Part shown: piece by piece, positions 54,300 to 64,000 of the stretch
How the letters are laid out: every line of letters begins with the position of its first letter
Numbering within the stretch: the stretch's first letter is position 1
Source of the DNA: Camelus ferus
Taxonomy: Eukaryota
Length of the DNA: 64,000 bases
Reading direction: 5' to 3'
Assembly: GCF_009834535.1 (NCBI RefSeq)
Contig: NC_045697.1
Location: 105,030,001-105,094,000 of the forward strand
Program-made: the position numbers and the translations under genes
Notes under the pieces: generated by a model
Told to the model about the DNA's origin: nothing
Databases searched by the model: none
Seen by the model: only the letters and a program-made list of their open reading frames with translations

Positions 54300-56170
54300 C
54301 CAAACGACTCTACTGAAAGCTGCCCCTTCTTTAGCAAAGCTGTTAGTCCCTGGGCCAAGGGGGGGGGGGGTTGGGTGTGTCTCTGGATGTTCCTTTCGGC
54401 TTCCAGGTGGTCACTCAACAACCTCTCCTCCTTTGAAGCCCACACCACTTGCCCCAGCGTCCTTGATATCCAGAACACGTCTCAGTTTTCTAAGTGGCCA
54501 CGACACCTGGCTCTGAGACTTCCTCTCCATCCTGCCTCCTGCCATCATTCTTGGTCCCACCCTCAGCGGAGGGGGGCTCCTTCAGAGCCCTACCCTTCCG
54601 TTTGGCCTGTGCAGAAGCACTCGGCATCCTCGCCAAGCTAATCCTGCCCTCCCTTGTCCCTTCTGGCACCTTATGCCATCAACGTTTCCCCTCTCATCCT
54701 GGGTTCCAGCTGCCTAAAAAAGCTTCCCATCAATCTGCAAGTCCCTGGCTGTCTGGTCAACCCCAGCAGGCTGCTGTCAGTGCTCTCAGCTTTCCCTGGA
54801 AGCTATGCTGTTAGTCATGCCCCTTTGGAAACCTTTAACTCTTGGCTTCCATCACTGGCCTCTCTCCGCGTTTCTCTGCCTCACTGGCAGTTCCGTCTGT
54901 CCCTCAGCCTTGGCCATCCTTTCGTGGACTCAGCTGGATCTTTCTTCTCTCTGTGCCATGGCACCCCACTTGCCATTCGAGTTTAGACTCCAATTTTCTA
55001 CAAGGTTAATTTCAGGTATGTATCTCAATACCCAAACCTGTCCTCTGAGTTCAAGTCCCCCAGTTTCCCCCTCTTTCGGTGTCTTTATTAGGTTGCCTCT
55101 GAAAATGAACCCATCCGAAAGACGAGTCATTTTATGCTCCACAAAATCTGCTCAAAGTCCCAACATTAGCACAGTTCTCTTAAGGGTTAACACTACTACC
55201 ATCCCAGTCGTTTCTCCGCGCTCTGAACCCGGGTCACTTCTGACCCAGACCATTTTCCTCTCCTCTTCTAGTCAGTGGCCAAGGCCAAGTCTGCGGTGTT
55301 GCTTGAATGCATTTGCTGCTGCCCATCACACCACTGACCAGACCATCACCATCCAGACTTGTTAACAGCCTCACAGCAGGTCTCTGTGCCTCCAGTCTGG
55401 CTAAATTCTCTGTCTTTGCCTCTCTCCCTCTCCTTTCTGTTCCCTTTCCATCCAGTCTACTGCCAGATACATCTTCATCAAGCCATGAAGTACGGCTCTG
55501 ATCACGTCACCCCCACCCCACCCCGCTCAGAGCCTCTGGCACCCCACCCCTCAGCTCGCCTGATAAACACCAGATGTCTTCAAGGGGCATGAATCTCCTG
55601 GTCCAATCTACATCCCAACCTTATTCCCCTCTCCTCCACAACCCAACACGACCCGAAGCGCCTTGAAAAATTAATACATAAATAAGATAAAAAATTAAAA
55701 CATTAACAGGAAAAATAATACCCCAGAACCAAGGGCTATTGCCTTGGTCCACTTGGCCCCACTGCCACGCTCCCTCGCGCCCTTCCTGGCCGGGAAGGCC
55801 AGCTCGCGCCTCAGATGCAACCCCTCACCCTGGCAACACTCTCCAAGATGCAGCTGTGTCACAAATCCCTCCCCGAGGCCCAGAACGGAGCATGCTCTTC
55901 CCTTCTCTGAGCCCCCATGACATTCCTTCTCTGCATCATGGTAGACAATCCCTTTCCACAATGTATTAAAATTACCTTGGAATTTATCTTGCGGTAAAAC
56001 TGCCTGGGGGTTGAGACCGTGCCTCATTCACCGGGGTTCCTGAACTGCCCCGCCCCACCATACACATAACAGACACTGAACAAAGGCTCCGTGGTTGGAA
56101 GGATGAAGGAATCAAGGCAGATGCCCTTCGGTCCTTCACACTCTGCAAGTGACTTGGTTCATCAAACACC
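54300..56170 (+). mobile_element. Patchy L2 relic
   Basis: Long C/T-rich degenerate tract with L2-like motifs (ccagcaggctgctg, ccctttggaaacc, catcacaccactgacc). Boundaries uncertain. Confidence 0.45.
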
Positions 56171-56190
56171 AAAGCCCTCCTCCCACCTCC

Positions 56191-56222
<32 letters not shown>

Positions 56223-56244
56223 TATTTATTTATTTTTTTTTTTT
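56191..56244. repeat. Compound microsatellite (TTA)10(TTTA)3 T12
   Basis: Read directly from the sequence. Confidence 0.95.
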
Positions 56245-56283
56245 ATAGCAACTACCTGACACTATAAATAGGCTGCTCTCCTA

Positions 56284-56556
<273 letters not shown>

Positions 56557-56764
56557 TCACAGGTCTGCTTCTGGCTTCGATGTGGAGCAAGCGAGCACTG
56601 GAGAGACACATTAGCTGCCTCGCATGGGGATTGGTAAACTGCGTCTGGACCGACACAGCCAGCTCGTTCAAGTGCACCCTCTGAGAATGCATCAGAAGTA
56701 CTGAAACCAACCTTTTTCAACGCATGCCATTATTTCATTTCATGTCAAAAGTGGTAACGGGGTG

Positions 56765-56928
56765 GGGGGGGGAGGGTATAGCGCAAGTGGTATATGCTTA
56801 GCATGCACGAGGTCCTGGGTTCAATCCCCGGTACCACCATTCAACAAACAAACAAACAAACAAACAAACCTAATTACCTCCCTTCCTCCCCCAGTAATAA
56901 TAAAATAAATAAAAATTAAAAAAAAAAA
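56765..56928 (+). mobile_element. Camelid tRNA-derived SINE (Vic-1-like)
   Basis: GGGGAGGGTATAGCGCAAGTGGTA A-box, GGTTCAATCCC B-box, (CAAA)n, CCTAATTACCTC and poly-A. Confidence 0.88.
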
Positions 56929-57559
56929 GAGACAACATTTAAAAAGGTGAGAGCCTCAAACAGAATCTCCCTGCTTAAGGGAGAAAGTGACTTGGGGGTT
57001 TGCACGATACCTACATGTGTCCATTCAAACAACCCCCCGAGCACCCAATCCACGGGTTTCCATAAAAACACACATCATATGACAACAGGCATCATTACTG
57101 TCTTTCTGTGAGAAGTAAGCAAGGCGTCATTTAGCTTTTCAGATGTTTTCCCTCAAAGTAATAAATGTCCTGGGAGGCCTGGGTAAGTACTGTTTTACGA
57201 TGATGAGAATAATCAGTGAAACAGAGACGACTAGTGAGAAACGGGACAGGACTTGACGAAGGTGGAAAAGCAGGCTAGGACGGCTGATCTATTTCTAAGA
57301 GTGACTGAAGGCAGGTCTGTAGGAAAGCAACCCTGTGACACCTCTTCCAGGATGCACTCCTGGGTTCAAACGGCAGAAATCTCTCTCATCTCCAGCCTGA
57401 AAGCGCTTTGTAAAGAACCCGTCGAGGAACACAGAGCATTCTGCTTGGTATTACTGCTCCATGTCTTTCCTTTCCCATAGTAAGCTGGAAGCTATTTTTA
57501 ATTAAGGAAATATTTTTAAAACATACACGCACGCACCAACACACACAGAGAATAACAGC

Positions 57560-58310
57560 AGGAGCCCGTGGGTCCACCCTCCAGAGTTAACAGTATAAAT
57601 AAATGCTAATATCTTTGCCATATTCGCTGCAGATCTTTAAAAATTAAACATAGCTGAGTTCAGACCTACTCTGTCTCCCTCCAGGTCCCCATTCATCCTC
57701 CTCATTTGAGAAGGGAGCCACCCTCTTTGGGAGATTTCTTCCCCAATGTGTCTATTTTACACACGCGTATGTATGGATAAAACAGTACACAGGACTGCTT
57801 TGTCTTCTGTCAACTTGAAATTAGATTTGCACATCCCTCTGCAATTTCTTTTTATTCAACGCTGCAATTCTGCGATGCATCCATTTTAACACAGGTAACA
57901 CTAAGCCAAGCCATTCTCGCTGGGGCGAGTTTTATTTGTTTGAATACATCACGGTTTACTCATCCATTCCACTCTGGATGGACACCTGGGTTGTTTCCTC
58001 TTTACTGCTATTAGAGATGATGCCCTAGGGACATCCTTGGGCATTTCTCTAGGATACAGGACAAAAATAGAACTGCTGAGTCACAGATGTGTGCACATCT
58101 GCTTACATTCCCACTAGTAGATGAGATGATTCCCACATCCCACCAATACGTGTCATTATCCAATTTACATTTTTCTGCCGTCTGACGGGGGGTTGAAAGG
58201 GTGGCCCCACTGTTGCTTTTATTTGCATTTCCACCATCACAAGAACATTTCTTCACGTGCTTTCTGAACAACTTGGGTCTCTTCTTTGGTGATTTGTCTC
58301 TTCACATATT
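57560..58310 (-). mobile_element. Ancient L1 (L1ME-like) 3' fragment
   Basis: Motifs gatggacacctgggttgtttcc, gaactgctgagtca, tacattcccac, ttttatttgcatttcc. Confidence 0.65.
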
Positions 58311-58744
58311 TATCCTCTTTAAGCATTTTTTTTTCTCCTATCACTAATCGCCTCTTTATTCATAATATTATTTGCCTTAAAAATTTTGTCTGATGTTAAT
58401 ATTGTGTTAATATTATTCCTTCTTTATTCCCTCCCCCCGGTTCTTCCTTTCTGTCTCTTTCTTATGCTCTCTCTTTAGGATTTGCCTGGAATGCCCTTGT
58501 AAAAAAATTCCTTGTTTTCAAATTCCCCACATAATTATATTTCACACATGTTGTTTATAAACAACAAAAAGCTGGATTAAAAAAACTAAGTGTCACTGTA
58601 TTATAATAGCTCAGTTTAATCTGTTTTCATTTATCATGATCACTAATATATTTGGGTTTTTTCTGCCATTTTAACTCTCTCCCCTCCTTTCCTTCTTTCT
58701 TTCTATTTTCCTTCCTTTTAAGATGGATCCAGCTCCTTTTTAAA

Positions 58745-59020
58745 AAAATTTTTATTTTTTTTATCAAAGTATAGTCAGTTTACAATGTTAGTTTCAGGTG
58801 CACAGCAAAGCGATTCATATATATACACACACACACACACGCACACACTTTCTTTTCATATTCTTTTTCATTACAGGCTATTACAAGGTATTGAATCAAG
58901 TTCCCTATGCTATACAGCAGGTCCTTGTTGTTTATCTATTATATATATAGTAATGTGTATCTGTTGATCCCAAACTCCTAATCTATCCCTCTCCATCCCT
59001 TCCCTTCTGATAGCCACAGT
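58745..59020 (-). mobile_element. L1 tail fragment
   Basis: aagtatagtcagtttacaatgttagtttcaggtg...gttccctatgctatacagcaggtccttgttg. Confidence 0.85.
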
Positions 59021-59727
59021 TTTAAATACAGGAATTTGGGTATCTGTCTTTGTGACATATCTCCCCGGGTGCAGCTCTTTTTTTTTTTTTTAAACCTTCT
59101 TTGTTCCTCTACTGGATTTAGAAGGTATACATTCTATTTTTCCCCTTAAAATAATTATTAAGTTATAAACTTGCATACTTAAAGTCTAAAGTTAGTTGAC
59201 AGCTTTTCCATGGAACAGAAAAAAATACTCAGAGTCCTTCATCTTTGGTCTGTGCCCCATCTTCCTTCCACATCTTTAGTATTTAAATTTCAGCTTATTT
59301 TCAAATCCCCCCGAAATTAGTTTCTTCCTCTCTTACACATCCATACCCCATATCTGTTTAGAGTTACTAATGTGTTTCTCCGATCACCACAGTTTCTTGC
59401 ACTCTATTCTGTATTACTGGATTCCATTTATTACTTATTGAAGAATTTTTTTTTTTTTGGTAATTCTTTCTGCAGCACTCAGTCACTGAATGTTCAAATC
59501 TTTCAGTCTTCATTTGCCTACGAGTGTCTTTATTTTATCTTCATTCCTGAATGACAGTTTAAAACATTAAAGATTTCTAGTGTGACAGGTAATTTCCCTC
59601 AGTACTTTGAAGATAGTATTCCACTACAGCTGGCTTTCACTGCTGCTTTGGGGAAATTTCTTGTTAGTGGAACTGCCAATGTTTTTGATAGGTAGGGCAC
59701 CTGCATTTTCTCTTTGGTGGCTTAAAA

Positions 59728-59869
59728 TTTTTTCCTTTTTAATTTTATTTTTTAAAAGGGGGAGGTAATTAGATTTTATTTATTTAGTTTTTTTAAATGG
59801 AGGTACTGGGGATTGATCCAGTACCTGGCTAGGCACACACACTCTACCACTGAGCTATACATCTCCCCC
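59728..59869 (-). mobile_element. Vic-1-like SINE within an ancient L1-like tract
   Basis: gaggtaattag...ggaggtactggggattga...ctctaccactgagctatac...ccccc. Confidence 0.82.
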
Positions 59870-60637
59870 TCACCCATCCCAGCCATTTATTTTTGATGTC
59901 TGCAGTTTCAGTGTGAAGGACCTAGGTGCAGACTGACTCCATTTCTCCTGCTCAGAACTCAGTATCCTTATTTGATGTGAAGGTGTAGGTATGTCTTCAG
60001 TTCTGAAATGTTCTCAGACATCATTTCTTCAAATACCACCCCTCCTCCATTCCTGCTATTTTTCCTTTTTGGGCTCCTATTAACTGTGTTTTGGACCTTC
60101 ACACTGTGTCTTCCACATTAACCTCCCTTTCACAGTTTCTATTTTTCCTTCTATCAGTACTGCATTCTAGGTGATTTGCTCAGATCTACTTTCTAATATT
60201 TTTTTTTCTGTGTCTAATCTGTTTAATTCTTACAGTGTTTTAAGTTTAATGTTTTTCGTGTCTACGTGCCTAGAAATGTTCTATGTAGTTCTTAACCATT
60301 CCTGCTATTTTCCATGAGATACTTCTTACTTTTTGGTTATTATATCTCCTTTCTCTAAATTACACTTTACCTGTTGTATCTCTTAATGCTTTTAACATGT
60401 TTATTTTATAGTTTCCTCAAATTTTTTACATCCATTTTTGGGAATGCCAATATGCAAATCTAACATGTATTATTTCGCAAATATTGTTTTCTGGATGAAT
60501 CCCAGGGGCACTGTCTTGTGGAAGGGACTCTATAGGAAGGTTCGGCATTGATAACCATCAGGGGTGTAAGTATTTCACTTGTCCTGGACCAGCTTTATGC
60601 TAATTTCTCAGCTTAAATGCTTTTCGCAAAGCTTGTG

Positions 60638-60640
<3 letters not shown>

Positions 60641-60677
<37 letters not shown>

Positions 60678-60738
60678 TAATGGAGGTACTGGGGATGAGG
60701 CTAAGCGTGCACTCTACCACTGAGCTATACCCTCCCCC
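60641..60738 (-). mobile_element. Internally deleted Vic-1-like SINE with a (TG)16 tail
   Basis: ggaggtactggggat...ctctaccactgagctataccctccccc. B-box region is missing. (TG)16 at 60641-60672. Confidence 0.78.
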
Positions 60739-61239
60739 AAGACTTGTGAGGTTTAAATTTAGACTCCGCACTTGATATGGTGCAGGTCTGTGTTTCTTAT
60801 TTCTTTCACCTTCCTTGCCGTGAACCTGGTCTGGCTGGCTGGCTGGCTTACGCTTTCCTGTCCTTGTTAGCAGACAGTAAAACCTTTGCCGAGCCTGGCT
60901 TTGTGCACAGGGCACCACTTCAGGCCACAGCCTTGCTGGAGTCTACATTCTTGTCTCTCGTTCCTGTTTGTGTTCTAAGACCCACCCCTAAAGCCTTTTT
61001 CTACATCCAATAGTTTGTGGGCCAAGTGTAGATTTAGCTCCAAGTTAAACCACTCTGGCTGTGCATTCCCTGTTCTTGCAACCTGTTTTTTTTTTTTTTT
61101 TCTTTTGAGCTTGGTTATATATTTAAGACTTTTTAAAATGCAAAATTCTATGTGTTTAGAGGGAAAAAAAGGCCCAGTTCAGTAGCACCATTCTGATTGC
61201 TAACTAGAAGCTTTTTTTTTTTTAACATATACTAAGATT

Positions 61240-61701
61240 TTTTTTTAATTTCATTTTTTATTGAAGTATAGTTGATTTGCAGTGTTAGTTTCAGGTGTAC
61301 AGCAAAGCAATTCAGTTATACATATATATATATATTTCAGATTCCTTTTTCATTATGTTATTACAAGAAATTGAATATAGTTTCCTGTTCTATACAGTAG
61401 GTCCTTGTTGTTTATCTATTTTATATATAGTAATGTGTTATCTGTTAATCTCAAAACTTCTAATTTATTCCTCCCCCTGCCCTTTCCCCTTTGGTAACCA
61501 TAATTTGTTTTCTATGTTTGTGAGTCTACTTTCAGTTTGTAAATAAAATTTGTATCATATTTTTAAGATCCCATAAATAAGTGATACCATACAATATTTG
61601 TCTTTCTCCATCTGACTTACTTCACTTAATAAGATAATCTCTATGTCCATCCATATTAATGCAAATTGCATTATTTCATTTTTTATGACTGAGTAGTATT
61701 C

Positions 61702-61752
<51 letters not shown>

Positions 61753-61797
61753 TGTGTGGGTATCTCTATATCACATGTTCTTTATCCATTCATCTGT
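61240..61797 (-). mobile_element. L1 3'UTR fragment containing a ~(TG)22 repeat
   Basis: tttattgaagtatagttgattt...tgacttacttcactta...gagtagtattcca. TG repeat at 61704-61749. Confidence 0.9.
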
Positions 61798-62194
61798 TCT
61801 TAAAAGGCAAGACATGTGTCTGACTAAACCTTTGTGAATGTCAGAGTATGCTAGACAAGTGCCATGTGTCCATCTTTGCTCCAAAATATTTCATGAATGA
61901 ATGAGAGAGAAGAAACAAGGAAAGAGGATAAGTGAAGACAACAAAATGAACGCCACACATACACATACGCATATGAGAACCATGATGAGAGAGAGGTAAT
62001 ACTGAACCTTTACAGAAAGTAAAAGCAAATGGCTCATGCAAGAGATAAGGCATCTGTGAAGCTCATGAAAAGCTTCTCCAAAAAACGAGAGATTTAGATT
62101 GTAAAATGGGGTGTAGTAGATTGCAAACCAGGACATCTGTGGAATATAACATGACACACATTTGACCCTCTGTTGTTTAAAAAGTACACTCCAA

Positions 62195-62490
62195 CGTTCA
62201 ACAGCAGCACTATTTACAATAGCCAAGACAGGGAAGCATCCCAAATGTCCATCGACAGATGACTGAATAAAGAAGATGTGGTATCTGTGTGTGTGTGTGT
62301 GTGTGCACGCGCGCATGTGTAAAATGGAATATTACTCAGCCATAAAAAATAACAAAATAATGCCATTTGCAGCAACACATATGGACCTGGAGATGGTCAT
62401 TCTAAGTCAAGTAAGCCAGAAAGAGAAAGAAAAATGCCATATGATATCACTCATATGTGGAAACCTAAAAAAATAGACTTAAATGAACTA
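62195..62490 (+). mobile_element. L1 3' fragment containing (TG)10
   Basis: cagcagcactatttacaatagccaagaca...atggaatattactcagcc...aagccagaaagagaaagaaaaa. Confidence 0.88.
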
Positions 62491-64000
62491 ATTATTTATA
62501 ACTTAGATGACTGATTTCTTGAATATGAGTAAGCCCATCTGACTGTCCTTTATGATTGGATTACCACATTCTGTTGATTCTTATTTTGTAGTTGGCTTTA
62601 TTCCTCTGATAACTATGTAACTTTAAAAAGCTAAAGCTCTAAATTGTTCTTAGAAACAATGAACAGTACATATATATAAATTTTAAAATGGCTTTTTATC
62701 TCTCAGTGAGTTGCTCTCCCTAGAATAAACTTTGTTTCCAAAAAAAAAAAAAAAAAAAAGCGCACTCCTGAGCATTTGATCCCCTCAGCTCCTCTGTGCT
62801 GAAGGCAGAACCGGCACCTCTGGCTTTGCCACAGTGGGGCCCGGAGATGCGCAACCCACCAGCCCCTCAGCGGGCTGGCTTTGTGAGCTGCTCATTGTGT
62901 CACTTCTGAAATCCCGGTTTATTATACGTAAACTTAGGAATTACTCCTAATCCCTGCTTTGTAGAGATGTAGGGACCAACAGTATGGAAGTCCTTAAATT
63001 ACAAAGCACTGTATGAACGTTCCACTTTTGTCACTGTTGCGGGTATCATGGAGAGAATAAAGATTCTTGAGAGACCAATGATCATTTTGGTTAAAACAGA
63101 CTAAGAAATAATCAGATTCTTAAAAATGACTTTCCAGGAGAATAATACTGTGTTCTGGTTATTATTTTTCTACATAGGATAGTAAATCCAGAGAAAAACC
63201 AGACAGGATGCAAATTTTTAGGAAGGCAGACATGACTTGCCCCCAGTAGGATGCGAACTCAACACCTCCATGTCAAAGTGTTTCTGTTATCAGTTAGAAC
63301 TGTCTCCACCTGGATAAAAGGTTAAAGACAGACCTCAGGTTCTACTTGAAAACAGATTAGAAAGTTAATGTGTAACAACACACCTAAAAAAGCACTTTTT
63401 GTCACTTCAACATGAAAGCATCTCTTTAACTCTTTCTTGAGGTATTATTCTCTGAATAACCTCCATCATTTTCATAGCTATCATTTATGCAGTGCCTACT
63501 GTACCCAAAGTTAAACTTTGTCTCGCCAATTCTCACATCCTTTGTACAGAATCATCCTCATACTCATGATAAGGAAATTTAGGCACATGGTGTAGCTGTG
63601 TACCTAAACCCAGGGTTTTTTTTTTTTTTTCTTCCAGACACATGACTTTTCCTCTCTCAATGCTGCTGGCTCAATTGTTTATAGCTCTTTTCTCCAGAGT
63701 ATTTCTCTACACCTATAAAGAGATATCTGGTACTCATATGATTTGTTATTATGTTATTATTTTTTGCTCCCCATTATGTGGCAAGATTTTGTGTTTTCAA
63801 ATTCCATTGCCGTTGCCATGGCGTGAAATTGAGTTCTCTAAATGAAGAGTACTGTGTACTCAATATAGCTTGAAGTTTCAAGAAAATAGGCCATCTTAAA
63901 AACACATCTTACATCCCATTATTTTTGCACAATTAGATTAAATGCACAGAAATGTATGTCCAAAGAAGTTGAAACAAGGAGAGTCTTTTTGGCACGAAAC

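Noticed and set aside
56765..56840. tRNA-like sequence with A and B boxes
   Set aside because: It is a SINE head with a deletion and a poly-A tail, not a complete cloverleaf tRNA gene.

Overview
This is mammalian genomic DNA, not prokaryotic. It is very probably camelid (alpaca/llama/camel), judged from several Vic-1-like tRNA-derived SINEs. The window holds the 3' ends of two convergent spliced genes. On the + strand are the last three coding exons and 3'UTR of ARHGAP10 (GRAF2; Ser/Pro-rich linker plus SH3 domain; stop at 13068, AATAAA at 13691). On the - strand are exons 7, 8 and 9 and the ~2.6 kb 3'UTR of NR3C2 (mineralocorticoid receptor ligand-binding domain; stop at 22021, AATAAA at 19447). 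All six exons have canonical GT-AG boundaries and join in frame. The rest is intronic or intergenic and repeat-rich: a decayed near-full-length L1 with a nested LTR, many L1 3' fragments, a clean solo ERV1 LTR, MaLR/ERVL LTRs, MER DNA transposons, L2/MIR relics and microsatellites. Repeat family names come from recalled consensus sequences, and old-repeat boundaries are approximate. Almost all ORFs in the supplied track are spurious or L1 relics. I found no evidence of a new multi-gene system. The best leads are a Pro-to-Thr change in the conserved MR C-terminal tail, a dense miRNA-site array in the NR3C2 3'UTR, candidate intronic polyadenylation sites, and templated-insertion repair scars.
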